This document shows positions 39,240 through 48,461 of a DNA stretch of 59,688 bases, one piece after another. Every line of letters begins with the position of its first letter. Within the stretch, counting starts at the first letter, position 1. The notes beneath the pieces are model-generated. The model was not told where the DNA came from, searched no databases, and worked only from the letters and a program-made list of their open reading frames with translations. This DNA comes from Gemmatimonadota bacterium (GTDB lineage Bacteria; Gemmatimonadota; Gemmatimonadetes; Palauibacterales; Palauibacteraceae): contig JBDHIM010000004.1 in assembly GCA_039587445.1 (NCBI GenBank), positions 1 to 59,688 of the forward strand, given 5' to 3'. The position numbers and the translations under genes are program-made.

Positions 39240-39818
39240 TCAAGCCAGAGTCGCGCGCAGGAGCATCCGCGCCCTGTGCAACTGCGACTTCGACGTTCCG
39301 GCGGTGATCTTCAGCATCCGCGCGATCTCGTGGTGCTTGTATCCTTCCACGTCGTGCAGGACGAACACGTGCCGGGCCCGGGCGGGCAGTCGCTCGATCG
39401 CGGTGTCGAAATCCATTCCGATCTCCGAGCTCCTCTCGTGCGACGGTCTACCCTCTCGATTCCATTCCTCGGGTGCCATGCGCTCCCGGTGTATGGCGAG
39501 GCGCCGACGATGTCCGAGAATCACGCTGATCGCCACGCGGTAGAGCCAGGAACCGAACGCGGCCTCGCCGCGGAACTGCGCGATCTTCTGCCAGGCTCGA
39601 ACGAATGCGTCCTGTGTCAGCTCGTCGGCGTCATCGGGACCCGCCATCCGTCGCGCCAGGCCGTATATCCTGGTCACGTGACGCCGGTAAAGTCGCTCGA
39701 ACGCTCCGGAATCTCCCTCTGCGGCGAGGACGGCGTCGTGGAAATCCAGATCCGTGTCCGGCACCAACGCGTGTTCGATCAGCTTCGATCTCTCTCTTGG
39801 TGTTTTCTTTTCTCGCAC
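39240..39818 (-). CDS. ECF RNA polymerase sigma factor
   Basis: AFERLYRRH, ELTQDAFVRAW, FGSWLYR, VFVLHDVEGYKHHEIA, GTSKSQLHRAR. Confidence 0.95.
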   Translation of the reverse strand: MREKKTPRERSKLIEHALVPDTDLDFHDAVLAAEGDSGAFERLYRRHVTRIYGLARRMAGPDDADELTQDAFVRAWQKIAQFRGEAAFGSWLYRVAISVILGHRRRLAIHRERMAPEEWNREGRPSHERSSEIGMDFDTAIERLPARARHVFVLHDVEGYKHHEIARMLKITAGTSKSQLHRARMLLRATLA

Positions 39819-39823
39819 GTTAA

Positions 39824-39850
39824 GACGGTGCTAATCCATGAATGGTTGGA
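39824..39850 (-). promoter_or_regulatory. Candidate autoregulatory ECF promoter
   Basis: Minus strand TCCAACC-N16-CGTC immediately upstream of the sigma gene. Confidence 0.55.
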
Positions 39851-39942
39851 AGATGTGCTCCCCGCGTCGCTACCTTTGAACGACGCCGATTGAAGATAGC
39901 TGTGAGTCGGGTGGACCGAACGACCCGACAGGAGGCTGAATC

Positions 39943-40884
39943 CTGGCACCCTCGACTGCTCGAGCGTCAACGCCCGCCCTGGTGATCGCGAATCCCGGCT
40001 CCGTACATGATATCTCGGCTCCCCTGATCGAGAGGCTGCTCGCCCCGATCTCGGAGGTCGAGGTGCGCTGGACCAACGGACCTGGCCACGCGCGCGAGCT
40101 GGCCCGCGAAGCCTTGGCGAGCGGCATGCGCTTCTTCGTTGCGGCGGGTGGCGACGGGACGGTGAGCGAGGTCGCCTCCGGACTGGCGTCGGCCTCCGAG
40201 GGCACGTCGCTGGGAATCCTACCGTTCGGGACGGGAAACGATCTGGCGCGCTCACTGGGGCTCCCGCTCGATCTGGATCGCGCGGCGGAGGTTCTCGTCA
40301 CAGGTCGAGCGAGGCCGATGGACCTCGTGCGTGTGCATCCCACGAGGCCGGCCAGGATGGCGATCAGCTCGATCGCCGGTCTGGGCGGCGACGTGGCGGC
40401 GGGCCTCGACCAGGAGCTCAAGCGGACGTGGGGCTCCGCCGCGTACCTGCGCATGGCGCTCGACAACGTCGCCTCCGCCGCGACCTTCCGCACCGAGATC
40501 ACGCTGGACGATGAGCGTCTGACGTTGGATCTGGCGAACGTCGTGGTGGCGAATGGCAAGTTCCTGGGCGGCGGGATTCCGGTGGCGCCCCTGGCCGAGG
40601 TCGATGACGGCCTCCTCGACGTGATGGTGCTGCCGGCTCTCTCCGCTGCGAGGCTGTTCGGCCTCGTTCCCCACGTCCTGATGGGACGCCATCACCGAAG
40701 CCGGCACGTCATTCATCGTCGGTCGCGGTGCGTGCACGTGGAGGCGGATTCTCCCATGCCCGTGACGATCGACGGGGAGCCGGCAGGGTCAGGTCCCCTC
40801 GCCTATGAGGTCGAGCCGGGCGCCCTGAGCGTGATCCGTCCCTCGACCGAGCCGCGGGGCTCGCTACGCTACCGGATCTCCTAG
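39943..40884 (+). CDS. Diacylglycerol/lipid kinase family protein (YegS-like)
   Basis: VIANPGS, AAGGDGTVSEV, PFGTGNDLAR, DDGLLD, IDGE; start proposed at CTG 39943 (ORF track uses GTG 39982). Confidence 0.88.
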   Translation: MAPSTARASTPALVIANPGSVHDISAPLIERLLAPISEVEVRWTNGPGHARELAREALASGMRFFVAAGGDGTVSEVASGLASASEGTSLGILPFGTGNDLARSLGLPLDLDRAAEVLVTGRARPMDLVRVHPTRPARMAISSIAGLGGDVAAGLDQELKRTWGSAAYLRMALDNVASAATFRTEITLDDERLTLDLANVVVANGKFLGGGIPVAPLAEVDDGLLDVMVLPALSAARLFGLVPHVLMGRHHRSRHVIHRRSRCVHVEADSPMPVTIDGEPAGSGPLAYEVEPGALSVIRPSTEPRGSLRYRIS

Positions 40885-41038
40885 GGCAGTCCGGACAACG
40901 GTCGCCGCGCGCCAGCTGTCCATCATGCGACGGCCGAGGTGACGGGGCGTGTGGAGTGCGGGGACGGTCGCTCGCCCATGGCCGCCATGATCGTCGATAT
41001 CCATACATGTTCGGCATAGAACCTCAACGGAGACGGAA

Positions 41039-42343
41039 GTGATGATGCGGCTTCAGATTGCAGCACTACTCGGATCGTTCTTCCTGCTGGGCGCGCCCTA
41101 CGGGGTGCAGGCGCAGGAACCGGAGGATGAGCGGGAGCGGGCCGAGGCGAGGCAGGAGGCCGAGGCACGCCAGGAGGCGCGGGTGCGCGAGCGGATCGTG
41201 CGCGCCCAGGTGGCCGGCTCGGGAGCGTATCTGGGCGTATCCCTCAGCGATGTGTCGGAGGAGGACGTCGCCCGCCTCGGTCTGCGAGATGAGCATGGCG
41301 CCCTCATCGAGAGCGTGAGTGACGAGAGCCCGGCCGAGGAAGCGGGCCTGCAGGAGGGTGACATAATCTCGACCTGGAACGGCGAGCGTGTTGAGAGCGT
41401 CGCGATGCTCTCCCGTTTCGTTCGCGAGACGCCTCCCGGCCGCAACGTGAGCCTCGGCGTATTCCGCGGCGGATCGCAGCAGACGATCGCCGTGAAGCTG
41501 GGCGAGCGTTCGCGGGCGGCGAGAACGCTGGCCTACTCTATCGGGCCGGAGATGCGTGAACAGATGGAGGAGCTGCGCGAGCACCTGCGCGAGTCCCGTG
41601 ACGAGATGCGCCTCTCCGAGGAGGAGCTTCGCGAGATGCGGGAGAAGATGCGTCTTTCCGAGGATCAGATGCGCGAGGCTCGCGAGCACATGCGGGCGGC
41701 TCGCACGCGCGCGCTCGAGTGCAGGGTCGAGGTCGAGGTAGACGAGGAGGGCGAGGGCGGCGAGCGCCGGGTGGTGATCGTGCGTGGCGGACGGGGCCGG
41801 TTGGGCGTGCGCCTGCAGGGCCTAACCGATCAACTCGGAGACTACTTCGGGATCGAAGGCGGTGAAGGCGCTCTCGTCACTTCCGTGACGGAAGATTCGC
41901 CGGCGGCGGCCGCCGGCATCCAGGCCGGGGACGTGATCGTCGCCGTTGGCTCCAAGCCGGTAGAGGGTCCGGGTGACGTGGCCCGCGCGGTTCGCGGCGC
42001 GGAGGCCGGTCCCGCCGAGGTGACGGTCATCAGGGATGGCCAGCGTCGCAGCTTCACCGTAACGCTCGAAGAGCCTGCCGAGGGCGACTGTGAGAACATG
42101 CTCGTCGCTCCCGAGGGCGGCCCCCACTCTTTCCAGTGGCATTCGGACGACGGCGAGGTTCATGTCCTGCCGCACCCCGCGGTGGCCCCGCACATCAGGG
42201 CCTTCGTGCTGCCTGCCGTGCCGCCGGCTCTGCACGTCCTGCCGCACGGCGCGCTGGCCCCGCTGGCACCGTTGGCGCCGGGCGAAGTGAAGAGCGCGCC
42301 GGCTCCTCCCGCACCGCCGTTGCCCCCGGCGCACACCGTCTGA
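41039..42343 (+). CDS. Exported tandem-PDZ protein with central coiled coil
   Basis: Signal peptide, YLGV...SPAEEAGLQEGDII and RLGV...SPAAAAGIQAGDVI, E/R/M-rich linker, Pro-rich tail. Confidence 0.88.
   Translation: MMMRLQIAALLGSFFLLGAPYGVQAQEPEDERERAEARQEAEARQEARVRERIVRAQVAGSGAYLGVSLSDVSEEDVARLGLRDEHGALIESVSDESPAEEAGLQEGDIISTWNGERVESVAMLSRFVRETPPGRNVSLGVFRGGSQQTIAVKLGERSRAARTLAYSIGPEMREQMEELREHLRESRDEMRLSEEELREMREKMRLSEDQMREAREHMRAARTRALECRVEVEVDEEGEGGERRVVIVRGGRGRLGVRLQGLTDQLGDYFGIEGGEGALVTSVTEDSPAAAAGIQAGDVIVAVGSKPVEGPGDVARAVRGAEAGPAEVTVIRDGQRRSFTVTLEEPAEGDCENMLVAPEGGPHSFQWHSDDGEVHVLPHPAVAPHIRAFVLPAVPPALHVLPHGALAPLAPLAPGEVKSAPAPPAPPLPPAHTV
41606..41689 (+). repeat. Imperfect 42-nt coding tandem repeat (MRLSEEELREMREK / MRLSEDQMREAREH)
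   Basis: Two adjacent 14-codon units, each beginning ATGCG(C/T)CT(C/T)TCCGAGGA. Confidence 0.7.
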
Positions 42344-42468
42344 CCGCCGCCGGCCGGACGCTTCCGGCCCTGATCACGCGTAGAGGTGGCCCGGCCAATC
42401 GGTCGGGCCTCTTCGTCGTCTATCAGCCGTGGGTCGAGGGAGGGCAGCTGCGCTTCGGAGCTCTCCGC

Positions 42469-42495
42469 TGCAACCGTGTCCTCGGTATTCGCGTA
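42469..42495 (+). promoter_or_regulatory. Candidate ECF promoter
   Basis: TGCAACC-N16-CGTA about 40 nt upstream of the 42535 ORF; same spacing as the site at 39824-39850. Confidence 0.55.
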
Positions 42496-42534
42496 CGGTA
42501 AGGGTGAGCACAACACTGCAAGGAAGGACGACGC

Positions 42535-42837
42535 ATGCCTCTCGACGACGCCGAAATGGTATACAGTCTAATCGTGATGCTCCTCATCGGCGGTTTCGTC
42601 CTGGCGTATCCGATCACGAAGCGGTTGGGGCGGTTCCTGGAGGAGTGGATCACCCTGAGGAAGAGCTCACTTCCCGAACAGGAAGCGCTGACCCGCATCG
42701 AAAGCGCCTTCGGCGGGATGCAGACGCAAATCGGATCCCTGGAGCAAAGGGTGGATCTGATCAGCGAACGCCAGGAGTTTACCGAGTCTCTTCTCCAGCG
42801 CCGAGATCCAGTGCTGCCACCATCGATCGACGATTGA
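42535..42837 (+). CDS. Small single-pass membrane protein with coiled coil
   Basis: One TM then heptad region ending ERQEFTESLL; AAGGA RBS. Confidence 0.7.
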   Translation: MPLDDAEMVYSLIVMLLIGGFVLAYPITKRLGRFLEEWITLRKSSLPEQEALTRIESAFGGMQTQIGSLEQRVDLISERQEFTESLLQRRDPVLPPSIDD

Positions 42838-42880
42838 AAGCCCGCCGTCGATCGGTTCGATCCGCATGTGGTCCAGGACC

Positions 42881-45568
42881 TCAGTCGAAGGGCAGCCAGT
42901 AGGTGAGCTTCACCGACAGCACGTTGTCGCCCGGCGAGCTGAAGGCATCGAATAGCGAGCCCGGGTTTACCGGCGTCCCGTCGTCCAGGTGGTCCGAGCG
43001 GTTCGTCTGCCACACTACGAACAGGGTCGACCCGGGCCGCCACTCCCAGCGCAGCACGAGATTGCTCCGGAATGAGAGGCTGTTGAAGTCCGGATTGTCG
43101 ATCGTGAACCGGTCCTCACCGTCGGTGATGTTGTAGTCGCCCTCCTCGTCGCGTTCGATCGTCGTGCCGTCCGTGCCGTACAGCCGCAGATCGAAGGTCT
43201 CGGGCGCGGCGAGCTCGCCGATGTCGGAGTAGAGTCCGCTGGAGGCGAAGGGCTCGGCATAGATCTCCAGGCTGAGGTCAGGCGTGAAGGAGTAGTTGAC
43301 GCGGATCGGTGCGGCGAGCTCGCTTCTCTCGATGAAGCCGAAGACGTAGCGCTCGCCGTAGGTGACATCGCTTCCCCCGCTCTCGGTTGCCAGATACTGC
43401 CTTGGATCCGAGCGCCGGACGTAGCGGGGCTCCACACCGATGATGATACGATCGTTGGGCTGCACGCTGAATTCCGCCTCGCCCCAGTAAAGGTAGCCGC
43501 CGAGCTCATCCCCGCCGTGCCGGAGCTGGAGGCCCCAGTTGGTGGAGTTGGCGCGGTTGCCTCCGAGACCGGCCGACACACGCCACCACTGCGGCCTCTG
43601 CATCAGCGGACCGCCTCTGGTCTGCGATTGGCTCTGGGAGCGGATGCCGGAGTTCACGTTGAACCACGTCCACCAGAAGTTCTTCCACGTCACGCGGCCC
43701 CATCCGCCGAAGTTGGAGTTCTGACGGATGCCGCCGAAGTTCCAGCGCTGGTTCGTCCAAACGCCGCCTCGCCAGTCCCTGAGCACACGTCCTGGCTGGG
43801 TTTGGTTGTACCAGAGACCCGCCCACCCCTCGATGAAATCCGCTTGATTCTGACGGCCGGCGTCGTTGATCTGAAAGCCCGGGGATTCGACGTAGGTCCC
43901 GGCGTCCCAGCGCCAGCTGCCGCTCAGCTTCTCGGCCCGCAGCGAGGCCGTCCAGCCGGATAGCGATCTCCGGGTCGGGTCCAGGGTCACATGGTCCTGG
44001 TCGGGTCGCTGGAAGTAGTGCGTACTGCTTTTCTGAAGCTCTTCCAGGGCCGTCGAGTCTCCCGCCACGTGGCTAAAGCCGACGTGGCCCAGCAGCTCAA
44101 AGGCGCCACTGCCGAAGCGCTTGTTCCAGTCGGCGCCGCCGGCGTACGCCTGCCTGACCAGTTGGTTCGCCAGGGCATCGGTTCCCAGGTTTCGGCGCAC
44201 CCCAGTGAACATGAGTCCGGCCGTCGAAGCTTCAGCGCCGAACTCCTGCTCGAGTCTGAGAACGCCGTAGCTCGTCATCGGCTCCACCTTCGCCTTGCCG
44301 AACTCGCCGCTCTCGAGATCGAACGTCTGCCCGTACTCACGGTCGGTGAGAGCTCCGAGCGCGCCGATGGAGAGTCCCGAGGAGAGCCGACCCGTGACCT
44401 TGGCAGCCCCCAGGATAGTTGTGACGTTGGGCAGCGCCGTGTAGTCGCCATCCACGTCGCCGTGGGGGGCGGCCCCGATGCGCCGCGAGTAGAAGTAGTC
44501 GGGGCCGTTGCCCATCAGGGACTGCCGGCTCTCGGTGAAGAACGGCCGCCGCTCCGGGAAGAAGGTCTCGAAGGCGCTCAGGTTCACCACGGCCGGATCC
44601 GCCTCCAGCTGGCCGAAGTCCGGATTCACGGTGGCGTCCAAGGACAGGCTGGAGCCCAGGCCCATCGAGAAGTCGAACCCGAAGCGCGCGTCCAGGTCCG
44701 CGGCACCATGGAAGGGGTCGGCGGCTTCCACAAGCGAGGAGCTCGTGAAGGTCGCTTGGCTGGCTACGTAGGGGAGGAACTCGATCCGCTTCGGAGAGCC
44801 GATGTTCTGTATGCCGTGCAGCTCACCGAAATGGGATGACCAGCCGGATTCATCCTTCGGCACGTAGACCCAGAACACATCCTCGTTGGTCGCGGGGATG
44901 AACCGGTTCACGTTCATGCCCCAAACCTGCTCGACGCCGCCGTTGAAGCGCAGTTGGGAGAACGGGATTCTCATCTCGGCCGTCCACCCATCCTCGGTGA
45001 CCTGTGCAGCGGCGTTCCAGATAGGATCGTACGTCCGGTCTCGGTTGAATTCATTGTCCTCCGGGTGGTACCAGTCGAGGCGGACGCCGGCCGCCGTGAC
45101 CCCGAAGCTGTACGCGGTACGTCGGTCCAGGTAGGTGTCGAAGGAGACGATCAACCGATCGGCCGTGCCGGCGTCGTCGCGCCTGGTCATCAGCGCTTCG
45201 ATGGCCTCCGGGTCCGAGCTGTGCATCCGGGCGCCGATGTAGATAGCGTTGCCGTCGTATACGATGGCGATCTCGGTGAGCTGCGTGGCGGGCTCGCCCT
45301 CGTTCGGCTCCTTCTGCATGAAATCGGAGATGAAGACCGCGTCCTGCCACACCTGCTCATCCAGGACGCCATCGATGCCGGGTCCCTGCAGGACGAGGCT
45401 GGCTTCGATCCTCTTCGGCGGTGCGTTCTCCGGGTCCGGGTCAGGATCGGGAGGGTCGGCGAGGAGGCCGGGGCCGGTCAGCGACAGCACACAGGCCCCG
45501 CAGGCGGCTACGGCCCGCGCGAAAGCCCTGCCTGGAGGCTGCTGCCTGTTTGAATATGCTACCAGCAC
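42881..45568 (-). CDS. CBM9-like/DUF5916 domain outer-membrane protein
   Basis: IDGVLDEQVW, GWTAEMRIPFSQLRF, TVNPDFGQLEADP, FFPERRPFF, SRRIG, NLVLRWEWRPGS, C-terminal KLTYW. Confidence 0.88.
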   Translation of the reverse strand: MLVAYSNRQQPPGRAFARAVAACGACVLSLTGPGLLADPPDPDPDPENAPPKRIEASLVLQGPGIDGVLDEQVWQDAVFISDFMQKEPNEGEPATQLTEIAIVYDGNAIYIGARMHSSDPEAIEALMTRRDDAGTADRLIVSFDTYLDRRTAYSFGVTAAGVRLDWYHPEDNEFNRDRTYDPIWNAAAQVTEDGWTAEMRIPFSQLRFNGGVEQVWGMNVNRFIPATNEDVFWVYVPKDESGWSSHFGELHGIQNIGSPKRIEFLPYVASQATFTSSSLVEAADPFHGAADLDARFGFDFSMGLGSSLSLDATVNPDFGQLEADPAVVNLSAFETFFPERRPFFTESRQSLMGNGPDYFYSRRIGAAPHGDVDGDYTALPNVTTILGAAKVTGRLSSGLSIGALGALTDREYGQTFDLESGEFGKAKVEPMTSYGVLRLEQEFGAEASTAGLMFTGVRRNLGTDALANQLVRQAYAGGADWNKRFGSGAFELLGHVGFSHVAGDSTALEELQKSSTHYFQRPDQDHVTLDPTRRSLSGWTASLRAEKLSGSWRWDAGTYVESPGFQINDAGRQNQADFIEGWAGLWYNQTQPGRVLRDWRGGVWTNQRWNFGGIRQNSNFGGWGRVTWKNFWWTWFNVNSGIRSQSQSQTRGGPLMQRPQWWRVSAGLGGNRANSTNWGLQLRHGGDELGGYLYWGEAEFSVQPNDRIIIGVEPRYVRRSDPRQYLATESGGSDVTYGERYVFGFIERSELAAPIRVNYSFTPDLSLEIYAEPFASSGLYSDIGELAAPETFDLRLYGTDGTTIERDEEGDYNITDGEDRFTIDNPDFNSLSFRSNLVLRWEWRPGSTLFVVWQTNRSDHLDDGTPVNPGSLFDAFSSPGDNVLSVKLTYWLPFD

Positions 45569-45623
45569 TTCGTCCAGCCCATCCGCCCCATCCCTGCCCC
45601 TTCTACACGAGCGCTAAGAGCCC

Positions 45624-47030
45624 CTAGACCTGATCTTCAGTTCGATTCGGTTCTTCGACGCCGAGACGCGCGAGGTCCGACAAGATGACCGGGAGCTTCG
45701 GTGCCGGTCGTTTCTGCACCTTCTGCAGCGATAGACGACCCGCTCGGCCGGACACCCGCGAGGATTCGGCCTCCTCCACGCGCCTGGCCCCCGGCGGATC
45801 GGCGAACCGGACGGGGCACCATCCCCGTCGTGTGGATATCAGCGAACCGCCTCTGGCGACCGCTTCCGGAAGACGAAAGTGCGAGGGCTCGGCGAAGTAC
45901 GTCTCCACGATGTCCCCGGTCGCAAAGCTCGCCGTTACCCTTGGCGCCGCAGCCTCGCCGGCGCACTCGCTCGACGTCGTCGAGGACGCCCTCGGGCTAA
46001 GGGCTGCCAGCGGCAGCACCAGCGTTCCGGCCGCGACGTAAACCGGGACGGCGACCCACCGTCCCAGTGAGCCGTGCGGCCGATCCGCGTCCAGGAGGGC
46101 GGCCACGCGCCGGACGAACTTGGGCCCGCGGGCGAACGCGACGCTCGCGCGGGCCATCGGCGCCCTTCCGCGAAGTGCGCGCGCCACCATCAGCAGGTGA
46201 GTGGCGTACTCGGACGGCGGAGAGCCGGCGCGAAGGACCTCGTCATCGCACGCACGCTCACGCTGTTGGCGGATCTCGGCGGCCGCCAGCCACACGAGCG
46301 GATTAAACCAGTAGAGCGCGCAGGCAGCGCGTACGACGTTCTGGATCAGGTAATCCTGGCGTTTCACGTGCGCCAGCTCGTGCAGCAGAACGTCACGTCT
46401 CAAGCCCGCATCCCAGGAATCCGCGGTTGCTGGGAGTAAGATGGTGGGCCTCAGCGCACCCCAGGTCATCGGGACCACTACCTCCTCGCTCTGAACCAGA
46501 CGGATGCTGCGCTGCAGATGCAGCCTGCGGCGAGCTGCGGAGGCTGCTTCGAGCCAGTCCGCGTTGGTAACCCGCCGCGCTCTGCGCGAGATGCGGTGGA
46601 GGTGAGTGCTGCCGAATCCGAAGTACAAGAGGACCGCCGCGAAGCCCACCGTCCAGCCCAACAGGAGCAGAGCCCCCGTCGCCCACAGGCCGCGCCGGAG
46701 CGCCGGGGGCGTCGCCGGCTGTGACGTGGCCTCGGACGCGTCGACCGGTTGTCCTTCCAGATAAAGACTACCGGGCAGGTCCGACACCGCCGGAAGCACC
46801 GCGATCTCCCAGCTCGGAACGACCGGCTGAAGAAGGGGCAGGGCCAGAAGGCAGCCGAAGGTCACCCCCAGGACGAGGTGTCGGGTCGAGGCGGTCGCGC
46901 CCCGCAGGGCCTTCGCGGCCAGGATCCCGCCCATCAGCAGCGCCGTTCCCTTGGCGGCCAGATCGAGCAGCGCCAGCAGCGCCGGGCCCGACAGCGCCGC
47001 CAAAGTCGCGAAGTCGGAAGCTGGGTCCAT
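45624..47030 (-). CDS. M56 family (BlaR1/MecR1-like) metallopeptidase
   Basis: TM segments, PMTWG, HELAHVKRQD, YWFNPLVW, RERACDDEV. Confidence 0.9.
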   Translation of the reverse strand: MDPASDFATLAALSGPALLALLDLAAKGTALLMGGILAAKALRGATASTRHLVLGVTFGCLLALPLLQPVVPSWEIAVLPAVSDLPGSLYLEGQPVDASEATSQPATPPALRRGLWATGALLLLGWTVGFAAVLLYFGFGSTHLHRISRRARRVTNADWLEAASAARRRLHLQRSIRLVQSEEVVVPMTWGALRPTILLPATADSWDAGLRRDVLLHELAHVKRQDYLIQNVVRAACALYWFNPLVWLAAAEIRQQRERACDDEVLRAGSPPSEYATHLLMVARALRGRAPMARASVAFARGPKFVRRVAALLDADRPHGSLGRWVAVPVYVAAGTLVLPLAALSPRASSTTSSECAGEAAAPRVTASFATGDIVETYFAEPSHFRLPEAVARGGSLISTRRGWCPVRFADPPGARRVEEAESSRVSGRAGRLSLQKVQKRPAPKLPVILSDLARLGVEEPNRTEDQV

Positions 47031-47416
47031 CAGCGGCCCTCTCGACGAGCCCTGTCGATCAGGTCGGCGAGCTCAGCGAGTTCCTCCTCGGAGAGGTGTG
47101 CGGACTCGTCGAGAAGGGTTGCCACGGCCTGAGCCGCGGAACCCTCGAAGAACGTGTCCAGAAGGCGCCGCGTGGCCGATCGGCGAGCTCGATCTCGCGG
47201 CACCGTCGGACCGTAGACGTAACGCGGCCCATCCTGCCTGTGCCTCAGGTGCCCCTTCTCCTCCAACAGCCTGAGCATCGCTCGTACGGCCGAATAGCTC
47301 GGCGGATCGGGGAGGTCACGCTGCACGTCGGCTGCGGACGCGCTCCCCTGCTGGTAGACGATGTCCATGATCTGGCGCTCGCGTCGCGTCAGATGGATGT
47401 GGGGCTGTGTCTGCAT
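47030..47416 (-). CDS. BlaI/MecI/CopY family transcriptional repressor
   Basis: LTRRERQIMDIVY, SYSAVRAMLRLLEEKG, RYVY, FFEGS; stop overlaps the M56 start. Confidence 0.93.
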   Translation of the reverse strand: MQTQPHIHLTRRERQIMDIVYQQGSASAADVQRDLPDPPSYSAVRAMLRLLEEKGHLRHRQDGPRYVYGPTVPRDRARRSATRRLLDTFFEGSAAQAVATLLDESAHLSEEELAELADLIDRARREGR

Positions 47417-47469
47417 CGAATTCTCCCGGCCGCGGGGATGGCTGGCTGTTCCCGTCGTTCCCACCAGAC

Positions 47470-47523
47470 TGTTAGTAAGCTAGCAGTCTGCTATAAAAGT
47501 AGCACTACCCCGTAGTGTGTCAA
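47470..47523 (-). promoter_or_regulatory. Sigma70 promoter overlapped by tandem palindromic operators
   Basis: Minus strand TTGACA (47523-47518)-N16-TACTTT (47501-47496) with extended TG; palindromes TGTTA-N6-TAGCA (47470-47485) and TGCTA-N6-TAGCA (47489-47504). Confidence 0.7.
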
Positions 47524-47635
47524 CGTGCCGTCTGGGCGACCGTTAAACCCGAGCTACGAATAGGACACCCGAGCTCCGCGGATGGTTGGAAGAGAAGCGG
47601 CGGCTTCGGAGCTGCTTAGGAGATTCTTCGAAGAT

Positions 47636-47675
47636 GCCAAACAGGCCCGGGACGGTCATCCCGGGCCTGTTTGGC
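47636..47675. terminator. Strong hairpin downstream of the DUF1579 gene (probable terminator)
   Basis: Perfect 17-bp stem GCCAAACAGGCCCGGGA / TCCCGGGCCTGTTTGGC with a 6-nt loop; U-tail weak. Confidence 0.65.
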
Positions 47676-47709
47676 TCTCACGTTCTCATGGCCCCCGCGG
47701 GCGCACAGC

Positions 47710-48300
47710 TTATTGTCGAATCGACACGATCTCCATCGTCTTTCGAGCCTCGTCCGCGCCCTCGGCCTTCTCGTACCAGATAAAGACCGTCTTGTCCGGC
47801 CCCTCCATCCGGCTGACCGTCTTGACTTTCGTCTTCGTGCCGGTGATCGGATCCGCGTAGCTCCCGTGCATGACGATGCCGCCCGCTTCGTCGTCCCACT
47901 GGCCGTGGCTAGTGAAGATGCCCGTGCCGAAGTTGTCGATCCAGGTCGCCTCGTACCGCTCCGACACGTTGTTGTAGCCCGTCCAGCCCAAACCGTTGAA
48001 CGGCATCCCCATGGCGGTGCCCTCGACGGAGTCGTACAGGTACCGGCCGCCCATCACCATCTTGCTGGTGCTGGTGGCCTCCGTGACGATCGGATCGGCT
48101 CCGGGCTGCATCCAGGAGGTGACCGTCATCGCCCATGTGCCCTCGAGCTCGGTGAGCTTCGCATGGTGTTCGCCGGGCGTCATCGCCTTCTCGTAGGCGG
48201 CCATTGCCGCTGCCTCGTCGTACTCCTGAGCGAGCGCGGGATAGGCCGCCGCCAGGCTCAGGCTCAGGGCGAGCCCGACTCCGAAGTTCCTAGGTCTCAT
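47710..48300 (-). CDS. DUF1579 family exported protein
   Basis: Signal peptide (ALA/QE), TPGEHHAKL, MGGRYL, MGMPFNGLG, WIDNFGTG; ATG 48300 after AGGAG. Confidence 0.85.
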   Translation of the reverse strand: MRPRNFGVGLALSLSLAAAYPALAQEYDEAAAMAAYEKAMTPGEHHAKLTELEGTWAMTVTSWMQPGADPIVTEATSTSKMVMGGRYLYDSVEGTAMGMPFNGLGWTGYNNVSERYEATWIDNFGTGIFTSHGQWDDEAGGIVMHGSYADPITGTKTKVKTVSRMEGPDKTVFIWYEKAEGADEARKTMEIVSIRQ

Positions 48301-48461
48301 GCTACATCTCCTGCTCAGCGCTGCGAGATTCCACCCTCCGCGGGCGGCAAACTTTTCATCATAACCCGCTCTCGACGGGTGCGACAACCGGAGGGGTGGG
48401 GCCTCGAGCGGACGATTCGCCGGAAGGCTCAGGGAGTCAACGTCTGCCGGCATTGTCCACC

